From Alphaproteobacteria bacterium (GTDB taxonomy: Bacteria; Pseudomonadota; Alphaproteobacteria; MPNO01; UBA830): a stretch of 64,000 nucleotides of DNA. Made by a program: the position numbers and the translations under genes. Each line of letters starts with the position of its first letter. Position 1 is the first letter of the stretch. The notes beneath the pieces were generated by a model. It was given only the letters and a program-made list of their open reading frames with translations, was not told the DNA's origin and made no database searches. The stretch is taken from contig OZ219790.1 of assembly GCA_964291215.2 (NCBI GenBank), forward strand, positions 1-64,000, written 5' to 3'. This document shows, in pieces, positions 21,304 through 31,587 of this stretch.

Positions 21304-22367
21304 TGCCGGCCTCGCTCGCGTTCAAGGTGCAGCCGGGCCATGAAGGACACGAAGGGATGGATCCCAAACCCGGCCAAGGCTTCTTTGTCCATGGTCACAA
21401 GTGCGGCGCGTTCCTCGTCGGCCAGTTCGAGACCGCGGGAGAACTCGCCGGGATCCTCCATGTAGAGCCTGCGCGCGTCCCGGTCGTTGGCGAGGCGGTG
21501 CAACGCTTCGGTCAGGGCCACGCGTTCGGGCGCGACTGCCGGGTAGTGGAGGCTGGCATTGTTGCTCGTCGTTTCCGACCACCAGGCGAGGGTCGCGTAG
21601 TTGTGATGCCAGCTCGGGTCGAAGGACATCGTATCGGGTACGCGCTCGCCCAGCATTCCGGCAACCACGGCCCAGCATCTGAGCTCGATGTTGCCGGTAT
21701 CGTCCAGTGTCCGCTCGTCAAGCGACAGCAGCCAACGCAGATTGCCGGTCTGCAGTTCGCGCATTAGCCTGAGATCGAAATCGGTTGCCGGATCCGAATA
21801 GCGGTCGGTGCCGGGGAAATGCGACAGGCCGCCGCTCGCCACAACCACCGCACGAACGCCGAGTGACCTGAGCGCGCGGTCGATCGCCTGGCCGAGATGA
21901 TAGCAGCGCTCCATGCACGGCTGCGGCGGCACGTAGGCGTTCACGTAGACGGGGATGACCGGACCGCTCATCTCCATGAAGGTCAGAGGGATCCCGAACG
22001 CGTAGTCGAGTTCGGCCGTGCTCGTGAAGGCGGGGTCAAACTTCTCCTCCTGCAAGTGGCGCACCAGAGCCATTGCGTTTGCGCTGTCGATGTCGAAACG
22101 GAATTCGCGATCGGCGAAGGTACCGCCCGCCCGCCCACCGACATGCACGGCGAAGGACGGGACGCAATGAAGGAGGAACTGGTTGGCGTGGTCGTTGGCA
22201 ACGACGATGGTCACGTCGGGCTCAAGTGCACGCAGGCGTTGCCCGTTGTCCGCGGCCAGCGCACGCACCCGCTCGACGGTGTCACGATTCTCGGTCTCGG
22301 GAAGCGTGAAGAACTGCGGCGCATGGGCCATGCAGACTCCACCGACTATGCCCGTGCGATCCGTCAT
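21300..22367 (-). CDS. Extradiol ring-cleavage dioxygenase, LigB-type with C-terminal LigA-like domain
   Basis: MAHAPQ, NDH, SGGLSH, plus a LigA-like tail (..ALVTMD...FGIHPF). Confidence 0.82.
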   Translation of the reverse strand: MTDRTGIVGGVCMAHAPQFFTLPETENRDTVERVRALAADNGQRLRALEPDVTIVVANDHANQFLLHCVPSFAVHVGGRAGGTFADREFRFDIDSANAMALVRHLQEEKFDPAFTSTAELDYAFGIPLTFMEMSGPVIPVYVNAYVPPQPCMERCYHLGQAIDRALRSLGVRAVVVASGGLSHFPGTDRYSDPATDFDLRLMRELQTGNLRWLLSLDERTLDDTGNIELRCWAVVAGMLGERVPDTMSFDPSWHHNYATLAWWSETTSNNASLHYPAVAPERVALTEALHRLANDRDARRLYMEDPGEFSRGLELADEERAALVTMDKEALAGFGIHPFVSFMARLHLERERGRQ

Positions 22368-22709
22368 GTACAGAGGCCTCAGCTTCTTCCAATACGACCA
22401 ATGATAGCGCCAAAACAGCGCGACAAGTAGCCCGGCCGAACCTCCGAAAGCGCCATACGACAGCTCAACCACATCGTAGCCGGCTTCGGATAGTCAACTC
22501 CTCGACGGCGTCAAACACGCGAATTCGGCAGGTCGCAAGGAGGGGCGCAACAATGATCAAGCCACGCTGGAATATCGCTTGTCTCAGCATGCGGCCCCCA
22601 TCGGCTTCCTAAGCCCTGTGGGGCCTCGGGCAAGAACTGGGCGGGCTCCTGCCCGAACTGCGTCAGGAGGATCGCAGCGGATCGCGGCGCGGCCGCTTGC
22701 GGAAAGGGC

Positions 22710-23468
22710 CTATTCCCTGGCTCGCATATAGCGGCGCGGATCGCCCTCCATCGAAGTCTCGTGAACGGCCCAGCCGAATTCGAGAAACGGTGTCGCGATC
22801 TCGCCAAGTTCCCGGATGATGCCGATCAGCTTCCTGCTCTGCGCCTGCCGATCGGTGACTTTCCTGGTCAACAGGAAGTGCTTCCACTTCAAATATTCGG
22901 CCACCGGGCTCTCCGCGTATTCCTGGAAGCCCCGCGGCATCGTCTTGAGGACGCCGCGATGCCCGAAGGAATACCGGCTCCGAGGCGTGAGGAAGGGAGT
23001 GGTCAGCTCGAGGAAGGCGTCCGGATCCTCGGCGATTCGCCGCCGCCAGGCATGCAGGAACTCCTTGCCGGGGGAATAGAACCCGGCGGAGACGAAGCAT
23101 TCTCCGGGCTGGATATGGACATACACCAGTCCCGGTTCACCCTTGCCGCCAGTACGGGTCATTACGGCGCCGGCATGGGTCTTGTACGGACTCTTGTCCT
23201 TCGAGAAGCGCACATCGCGGTAGATGCGGAACATGCCGCGTCCGGGATTGCCCCGGACCGGAAAGGAATCGTGGCCGGCCGGCCCGGAAAATTCCCCGAG
23301 CAGGCATTCCATGGCGAACTTTACCTCGGTGTCGTAGAGTTCCTTGCGGGCCATGAACCACGGCCGCTCGTTGTTTCGTGCAAGACCTTCGAAGAACGCG
23401 AACGCCTCCTTTGAGAATCCTAGGAAATCCGGGCGGACATCGTCCGGAAACTCAAGCCGCTTTTTCAT
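22710..23468 (-). CDS. DUF2461 family protein
   Basis: NNERPWF, FRIYRDVRFSKDKSPYKT. Confidence 0.88.
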   Translation of the reverse strand: MKKRLEFPDDVRPDFLGFSKEAFAFFEGLARNNERPWFMARKELYDTEVKFAMECLLGEFSGPAGHDSFPVRGNPGRGMFRIYRDVRFSKDKSPYKTHAGAVMTRTGGKGEPGLVYVHIQPGECFVSAGFYSPGKEFLHAWRRRIAEDPDAFLELTTPFLTPRSRYSFGHRGVLKTMPRGFQEYAESPVAEYLKWKHFLLTRKVTDRQAQSRKLIGIIRELGEIATPFLEFGWAVHETSMEGDPRRYMRARE

Positions 23469-23699
23469 TTCCCCGCCCGCAACAGTGTCGTGTCGGGCCG
23501 GTTCTTCCGACCGCCCCGCCACCCCTATACGACAATTCCACCCCCTCTCCAAGAACGCCGGCGGCGCGTTCAGGAAATTCCCGCGCCAAATTCTGTTTGA
23601 TTTCTCAGGGCAGCATCTGGGTATTGCGGGGGCGCGGGTTGGTGCGGGAGATTTTTTTGCAGTTTTCGCTGGCTTTCCTGCACTGGAGTTGTCATGGTG

Positions 23700-24458
23700 C
23701 GGGGATGTCGGTTCGCAAGCACATCGCGTCCGATTCACGTCGCAGCTCCGGAAGGGTCTGTCCGAGGTTCGCGAAGCCTGAGGAGCGTCCGCTGCGTTGA
23801 TGGACGACTATCTCGGGTTTCGCCGTCTGGCGGGGCTGCGCCATATTGCGTCCTTCAGGAGGCAGTGGTCTGGCCGGGGCCTTCAAGTGCCGCGACCGGT
23901 GGCTGGAAGCCGGAGCAGCAGTGGCCTGATCGCGAACAACACGCGACTGCTGGTGCGTGCGGCGCCGGGAACGTTTCCGAACCTTGCCTCCTTCTTTCTT
24001 GCGACGCGGCGGCTGGCCGACGACTGGGCCTGCGGCCACTAGGTGGTGGAGACGTTCTGTGATCCGGCGCGTTTTGCGGGCACAAGGCGGCGGGCTGGCG
24101 TGCCAGGGGGTTTGCCCGCGCCAACGAGCGCTGTACCGACCGCCATGGCAAGGAGATTTTCGTTGTGCGGCGCGACGGCGGCTGTCGCGCCCGCAGGCGC
24201 AGGCGCTGCCTGCCTCCTCGCTCCCCGGGGTTCCGAGGTGATGCGTTCGCTGCACGACGAGTTGGCGGCGATCGAGGACTTCCGCCGCGCAGGAAGCACA
24301 CGGTGTGCTCACGTTCTCGCCGAGCTTGCGAACATGAAAGGCAGCTGCGCAGTTTTCGCGGTCGCTGTCCCGGGACGAGCTTGAGGCCATCGGCGGAACC
24401 CGAGGACGGGGTTGCGCGAGCCGCCCTCCGGGGCGACTCTCCACCGGGCCGTCCGACC
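23700..24458 (+). pseudogene. ISAs1 transposase piece 1 (DUF4338-like domain + H-repeat-associated domain)
   Basis: Fragments LIANNTRLL, PNLASFFL, RLADDW, VETFCDPARFAGT, SLHDELAAIEDFRRA spread over frames; start approximate. Confidence 0.72.
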
Positions 24459-25957
24459 ATCGCGGTAGGGAACCGGGTTACCCCCCGCACAGAACCGGAC
24501 GTGCGCTGTTCGCTCCTCCCCTGACGACAAGGCGCTGGTTTGGCCACGGGCTCAGTGGGCAGCGGTGAGGGTGTCTATGTCCCCGGTGAAGTCCTTTTGG
24601 GAGCGTCGCCGAAGGGCACGCAGCTGTTTGCATTGGTGTATGAACTTCTGCAGGCTGCTTCCTGGAACGGCGTAGTAGCAGCCGTTGATAACTCACCACT
24701 TGGCCGTTTCGTGCCGGTTATCGTGCCACCGCCTGCGCAAGGCCTCCTTGATCCGCCGCAGGGTGCCCGTTTGCGACCGACCCTGAACCTGCCTTTCCTC
24801 GTCTGTTCGCAGAAGTGCGTCATGCCGAGGAAGTCGAACGTCTTGTCCGCGCTTCCGCGGTTTGCTCTGGCAAACCGACCGAACTCGATGATTTTCCGGG
24901 TGCAGTTCAAGTGGGCCAGTCTCTCCCCAAGGTCTCAGCGCCGCCCAGATGCTGAAAGCCGCACACGAAGTCGTCCGCATAATGATCGTGTCGCCTCCAG
25001 CCATCCGCTTGCGCCAGTGGTTCTGGAACCAGTCGTACGTAGTGCAGGTTCGCAAGGCATGGCGCCGCCCCTTGCGGTGTTCCCTTGCCAGTCGGTCCCT
25101 TCCATGACGCCGGCGTCACTTGATGATCAGACCCCCCGATCCGTTTCCCGAGCATCGCGACCAGATGGTCGAGATTGTCGAAGGGGCGTCAACGATCCAG
25201 TTGACCTTCCGCCGTTCCACCGTGACGGCGCATGATGCGCCCCGGCCGGAAGCCGTAACTAAACCCGAGGAACTCCGTCTCGCGGCACCAGAATCACACC
25301 GCCCGCTGAAGAATCTTGTCCGAGGCAAGTTGCCCTCCATCCTCCTTGGGTATGTAAACCCCGGAGGCGCCCGGTACGCACCCCTGTGCACACGGGCGTG
25401 CAGCAGTTCCACACCCTCCGCGTACGCTTGCCACACAACGCCCCGCCGCCGCGTCCTTCCTCAAGGAATGGAACGCATCGTGCAGAACGTCACGTGGTGG
25501 AGTAAAGACGCTCTTCCGGGTTCCTCTTCGCTACCTGCGTTCAGCCGCCTGTGACCCCCGCTTCTGCGCGCGGCGCGGGCCAACCGCATTGCCCTTCCCT
25601 CCAACAACTCCGCAGGCTCCGAAGAACCCTTGTTCGCCGCCTTCAGCGGTACTATGGCCGAATCTGACTTCTCGTTCATCATCGGTTTACGGAATTTCCT
25701 CTGCGGCCCCTCCACGACAGAGGGGCAAGACCTCCCAGGTCCCTGCTTCGGCCCTGGTTCTCGGACCCCGCGGAGCCCCCCTCACCAACGCGGCTCGTTG
25801 CCTTCGGCCACGACCTCGGCACTCCGGTTTCAAAGCATCTCGTGGCTCAATAGCCTGCCGCTCCCCAACGCTTCGCCTGGCGACGCATGGTTCACGGAGA
25901 AATTAGCCTCTCTCGGGACTTGCACCCGGCCACATTCCACCAGTTTGCCTGGCGCAC
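24459..25957 (-). mobile_element. Group II intron (degenerate)
   Basis: Minus strand starts GTGCG at 25957 and ends with domain V/VI GCACGTCCGGTTCTGTGCGGGGGG...CCCTACCGCGAT at 24459; removing it rejoins transposase D-P-E-A-L-Q. Confidence 0.9.
24560..25560 (-). pseudogene. ltrA: Intron reverse transcriptase/maturase, fragmented
   Basis: RVHRGAYRAPP, GTPQGA, YADDFVCGFQ, LELHPE, TFDFLGMTH in different frames; ends approximate. Confidence 0.85.
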
Positions 25958-26166
25958 CCGAGGCGCTTCAGGACGTGCCCGGCCGCGGGCTCGCCCGGGC
26001 GCTTACCGCCGACGGCAAGCGCATCCGCGGCGCCAACCGCCACCACGAGACCGTGGCCCTCACGCCTCCGGCGCACCCTTCGCGCTGTTGAACTTCGACG
26101 ACGGCGAGCTGGCGGCCACCTCCTCGAGCGCACCGATGTCCGTGGCAAGGTGATCACTTTCGACGC
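25958..26166 (+). pseudogene. ISAs1 transposase piece 2
   Basis: PEALQDV, ALTADGKRIRGANR, GKVITFDA. Confidence 0.8.
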
Positions 26167-26341
26167 ACCGATGGTGCCTAACCCGCAAGCGTCCGCCATC
26201 GCATGAACGGGCAGAAACCCCTGTGACGACAGAGCCTTATGGCCCGTCCCGCACCGCCGCGCGGCTTCCCCGACGAAACGCCGCCGCGGCTGCTTCCTGC
26301 ATTACCGCTCAGCCGCGCGGCCCGAACAGGGAGCCGCGACC

Positions 26342-28561
26342 ATGGCCGACAATCCGAAGTCCACCTTCGCCTGGCGCGTCCGCGCCGTCAAACTCCGAAC
26401 AACGAAATCCGCGACGATGTCGTGAGCGGACTAGCCCTGGCAGTCCTGGGACCCGGGAGACCAACGCCTGCATGGTCCGCAACCATATCCTGCCCGCCTT
26501 CGGTCATATGACGGTGGATGCCATCACGGTCGAACAGGTTCGGGACTGGTTCGCCTCCCCGAGCGACCGGCCCGGCGCCGCCAACCGCGCCATGCCGGTA
26601 CTGTCCATGATGATGCGCATGGCCGAGCTCTGGGGATACCGCGCCCATAACTCCAATCCCTGCAAGCATACCCGCCGCTAAAAAACAGGAGGTACTGTAA
26701 CTTGATGTCTGGAAATTTGTCTGAGGTTTGCGCTTTGAGGCGTTTCACTGGGGGGCTAGCCCCCCAGTGAAACGCGGCGCCATCGTACTATCCCATGGAG
26801 TTGCAAAACCTTCATGGAGGAAGCGAATGGACCTGCGACACACTACGACGATCGGGACTGTTTTGGAACATCTGATCGCAAACGGAGCAACGGATCTGGG
26901 GCGGGTCTTTGGCCAGCTCTTCGAGCTTGCGATGCAAATCGAGCGCGAGCAGTACTTGAAAGCGGGCCACCGGACGCCGGAGCGACAGGGCTATGCCAAC
27001 GGCTACAAGCGGATCGACACCCCCACTGTTACCGTTCAGGTGCCAAACGGTCACGGGGACGACCCGTCCCCAGTCGCTTGAACGCGGCCAGCGATCTTCT
27101 CGCGCCGTAGCCGAGATGTACATCAAGGGTGTTTCCACGCGGCAAGATGTAATGCGCGAGTTCGGGAGCCTGTCCTCTTCTCAGGTCAGCCGGGCCACCA
27201 GGTTGCTCGATGAAGAACTCGCCGCGCAACCGGCCCCTGATGAAATACCTGGATGCGCGCTACGAAAAAGCCCGCCATGACGGCGTTGTGCGCGATGTCG
27301 CAGTGCTCTCGGCCATCGGAATAGGGGCTGCAGGCACGTTCTGGGGCTCTCTGTGGCGCTCTCCGAGGCCGAGGTCCATTGGAGAGCCTTCCTGGAAAGC
27401 TTGCTAGCCCTGCATGGTACGACCTTCATCGTCTCGGATGCCGGGCTGAAAGCAGCACGACGCGCGGTGCTGGGCGCGGCGATGTGGCAGCGCTGCCAGT
27501 TCCACCTGGCGCAAAACGCCGTGCACCGAACAACGACATCAGGAAACGTATTGGAAAACAGCTCGGAGCCATGCGTCCTCACTCCAAACCGCCGAGGCGA
27601 ACTGGGCGCCCTCGTGGCCAGCTATCGCGACAAGCATCCAGGCTTCCTGGCTGGAAAACAATGCGGGGCTCGCTGTCTTCACCTTGCCCGATGCTCACCA
27701 CAAGCGTATGCGAACCTCGAACGGTATCGAGCGACCGATCCAGCAAGAGCTCAAGCGGCGCACCTCCAAAGTCAGGGTCTTTCCAAACCTCGCCTCGTTG
27801 GAGCGCCTCTCAACCGCGGTCCTCATCGACGAAAAATGGGAAACCGAAACCAAGATCAAATGGGAACAGCTCGATGACTGAGAGCTTCACGACAATTTCC
27901 AGACATCAGGTTGCGTAATCCTACAGGATGACGCCGAAGGAGCGGTTCCTTACGGCGGACGAAATGGACCGGCTCAACGCCGTGCTCGCCCGCGACGAGT
28001 TTTGGTGCCCGCACATCGTCGCCATCGTCCGCCTGCTGATGTTGACCGGCTGCCGCTTCGGCGAGATCGCCTCCCTCGAATGGGACTGGATCAGGGACAA
28101 GCGCATCCACCTTCCCGACTCGAAATCCGGGCCGCGCACGGTCTGGTTGTCGGACGCCGCGCGCGCCGTCATCGACGCCATCCCCCGATATAGCGCGGAT
28201 TGCCCGTATCTCTTGCCCGCCCGTTGGCCGACGCGGCCCATCGACAACATTGCCTTCCAAGTGGGACCGCATCCGCAACGAGGCCGGATTGCCCGGACTG
28301 CGCCTTCATGACCTGCGGCACACGTGGGCCTCGGTCGCCGCCATGAACGACGTGGACATGGTGACCGTCGCCAGGCTGCTCGGTCACGCCCTGGTCGAGA
28401 CCACGGAGCGCTATGTCCATCTCTCCGACCAGTCCGTCGCAGACGCCGCCGACCGGGTATCGAACCGCATCCATGCGGCCCTGGCCGGAAGGGAGGAAGG
28501 AAGCGGGCGGGCGCCCTGCGTCCGACCCAGGCTGACATCCAGCCCAAGGGAGCCCTCGGCT
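26342..28561 (+). pseudogene. Tyrosine recombinase 1 of element A (deleted, IS256-interrupted, frameshifted)
   Basis: Near-identical to 34470-35669; TGCRFGE, HDLRH, LLGH..TTERY. Confidence 0.88.
26691..27920 (+). mobile_element. IS256-family element, transposase pseudogene
   Basis: IRs sharing TGATGTCTGGAAATT; GYANGYK, AEMYIKGVSTR, WQRCQFH, RTSNGIER, FPN; TSD CTACAGGA at 27921-27928 (left copy has extra A's). Confidence 0.9.
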
Positions 28562-29754
28562 ATGTCCACATTTGACCTCACGCCGCGCCTTGCCCGCGAG
28601 GCCAGGTCCAACGGCAAGGACACCATTCTGTTCGACAAGGCGCTCACCGGTTTCGGGCTGCGTATCCATCCCTCGGGCCGCAAGGTCTGGATCGTCCAGG
28701 CCCGCATCGAGGGGCGGAGCCGGCGCATCGTCATTGCCCGGCACGGCGAGATGGAGTTGGCCCAAGCCCGCCGCCGCGCCCGCGACATGCTCGCGCGCAT
28801 CCGTGCGGGCGAGAACCCCGCCGACGACATCCGGAGGGAGAAGGAGACCCCAACCTTCCGGCAGTTCGCCGACGAGTATCTGCGGCGCTCGGACCCGCTC
28901 TGGAAGCCCTCCGGGCGCAGGACAGTGCGCATCTATCTCAAGGCCCGCATCTCCTGCCCGCATTCGGCGGGATACCGCTCGACAACATCGGACCCGAGGA
29001 TGTGGCCGTGTGGTTCGACGCGGCGAGCAGGGAAAAACCCGGCGCGGCCAATCGCGCCTTCGAGATATTGCGCGCCATGATGTTCCGGGCCGAGGAGTGG
29101 GGATTTCGCGAACGCGGAACCAACCCCTGTCTCGGTATCGCAAGGAACCTAGAGAAGAAGATTGCCCGGTTTCTCGACGCGGAAGAGCTGGCCCGGCTCG
29201 GGCGTGCACTCGACGCCAGCGAAGACCGCTGGCCCGAGGCCGTCGCCGCCATCCGCCTGCTCGCGCTTATCGGCTGCCGCCGCGGCGAGGTGCTCAACTT
29301 GCGCTGGCGCAACATCGGCGCGGTCGCCTTGAACCTCGGCGATTCGAAAACTGGGCCCCGCACGGTTCCGCTCGGCGAGGCCGCGCGTGCACTCATCAAG
29401 GCGCTGCCCGGCCCCCGCACGCCTTCCTGTTCCCGAAGAACGCCGGACGGCAGAACCCGCACAAAATCGTCGCCTGCTGGCGCGCCGTCTGCGAAGACGC
29501 GAAGCTCGGCAGGCTGCGCCTGCACGACCTCCGCCACACGGCGGCCAGCCACGCCGTCATGGCGGGCGAAAACCTGCCCATGGTCGGCAAATTGCTTGGC
29601 CACCGGCGTCATCGCACGACGGCAGGCTATGCCCACCTCGCCGATACCCATCTCGTCGAGGCGGCCGAAAAGGTCGGGAGCGCCATTGCGGCGGCTATGT
29701 GGAAGGAGGAACGGCACCGCCGCCTCCCCATCCCCGCCCGTATCGCAGGCATGA
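28562..29754 (+). pseudogene. Tyrosine recombinase 2 of element A (frameshifted)
   Basis: GFGLRIHPSGRK arm domain, GCRRGE, HDLRH, LLGH..TTAGY; frameshifts near 28950 and 29420. Confidence 0.88.
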
Positions 29755-30003
29755 CCGCTGAAAGCATTGGGGGTCAAGCAAGGTTCCGTCGCCCGTGGCG
29801 TCGGATGACCCCGGGTATGCCGGGTGCGTGCAGCAGCCCAAGTCTCCACCAACTCCGACCGGTTGAGCAGCGGCCCGACCGTCCGCCGGTTGGGCGTGGC
29901 GTCTTCGGTCACGAACCGCAGGTCAAGCCGGCCGGCGCACAGCCGTTCGAGATCGCCGCGCATCTCCCGGCCCGGATCGGGCGAGGCCGCTTGGCCGCAC
30001 GGA

Positions 30004-31270
30004 TCAGTTCTTGTGGGCGCCGAAGGCACCGTCCATATGGCCCTCGGTTCCGTAGTACCGTAGTACGCGCTGAACCTGCCGTAGAGGCCGGCCGGTTGGC
30101 TGTTGGCGCCGCCCGGCGGCGTCCCCTTGCTGTTGTTGAAGAAGCTGATCCAGAGGGCTTTCGACGGGGTTGGGGCTCACGCCCTTCACCCCGTCGATGC
30201 TCCATGCTGTTATGCCATACCCGCTACTATAATCAATGTCGACCTGCTCCAGATCGACCTTCCAGTTGCGGCTCTGCCCGCCCACCATGAACTCGGTAAT
30301 CGTGACCGTCCCGATCGCGGTGCCGTCGCCGAAGGCGCGGTCACCGTGGCCTTGGCCGTCCACTTGCCGGCCTCGTCGGTCTGACTCTCCCGTTTCAGGG
30401 CATACATGCAGACCCCCGCCCCCGAGTAGGTCGCCGTGCCTGTCACCCCGGCGGTGACGGGTGCCGGGTCTTCGGCATACCATTCTTCATCTTCGGTATC
30501 CCGATACTGGCCATAGGCCAACTCCCTGAAGGCCAGCGTGCCGTTCTGCTTGTCCTTCCGCAACCACCAGCCGAAGTACGTGTACCTGTCGTCCGTTGTG
30601 CCGTCCGAGGCCGGCGCCTCAAGGTCCGCGTAGAGCACGAGGGTGTGTTCGTAGCTGTCGTCACTGCCGGTCGCGCGGGTGCCGGCCCATCCGTGGAGGG
30701 CAGGGAGCTTCACCGACGTCACGGGGATCTCCCCTCGGAACTCCAGCTCCCCATACTTCCCATCGTCGCGCACTTCGTCGTAGATCTTGAGGCCCATCGC
30801 CTTGCTGTGCACCGCCGAGGTAAAGTCCCATTCCTGATCGATGAGGAGTTGCCTGCTATCTTCGCCCGTGCCCACACTTCTGTGTTCGAGCGCGGCGAAC
30901 AGCTTGGCGACATCTAGGGAAGGCGTTGCCGGCGGAGGCGCACCGCCAGTCGAGGGCGTTCCATCATCCGGAGGCGTCAGCATCACCGTCGGCATAGGTG
31001 GCCGTCTTGTCGTCACCGACAGTGACCATGCAGTCCGCGCCGCCGGCCGGGCAGCTGTAGGTGAGATCGCCAAGCGTCCCGCTTTCGCCAGCGGCGATAG
31101 TCAAGGTCCCGGCCATGATCGCGGCCTCATCGAGGCTGGACAGGTCCAGAGGCTTCGGTGTCGGCATCACCGTCACGCTTGCCGTCCCGGACGACCCGCC
31201 GCCAGGGCCGCATGTTTCATCGTTCTCATCGAACCCTTCTCCTTCTCTCAGACCGGACCGACCGGGCAAA
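30004..31270 (-). pseudogene. Surface protein with TbpB-like C-terminal barrel (frameshifted)
   Basis: Joined frames: CPAGGADCMVTV, YTYFGWW, GTATYSG, C-terminal GHMDGAFGA. Confidence 0.55.
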
Positions 31271-31587
31271 CCGTTTGAACCGTTCCTGCGTTTCCCGAAC
31301 CGCCCTCAGAAGCCGAGCGTGATTCCGGTCACGAAGCCGGCGCCCTCGACAGTGCTGCCAGCGGTGCTTTTGCTCTCGTCTTCGGCGAACTTGCTGCGTT
31401 GCCTCTCGGCTATGATCAGCGAGTTCACTAGTCAATGCCCGGCGGCGCCTCCGTGCGCGGACATGCCCACCAAGATCATCGCGACCGCGCGCGCGAGTGA
31501 CTTGCTTCGCCTCCCCCATGCTGCCGGATGCCCGATGTCTTCCGGCATGGCGGCCGGGGCGAGGTCGTCACCCCGGCCGCCGAATCA

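Noticed and set aside
25814-25819. Candidate EBS1 complementary to the 5' exon
   Set aside because: The 6-bp match lies in what looks like a structural part of domain I and the expected EBS1 loop seems deleted; likely chance
24459-25957. Retron or DGR reverse transcriptase
   Set aside because: Group II intron termini and domain V/VI are present; no template/variable repeat pair or msr-msd seen
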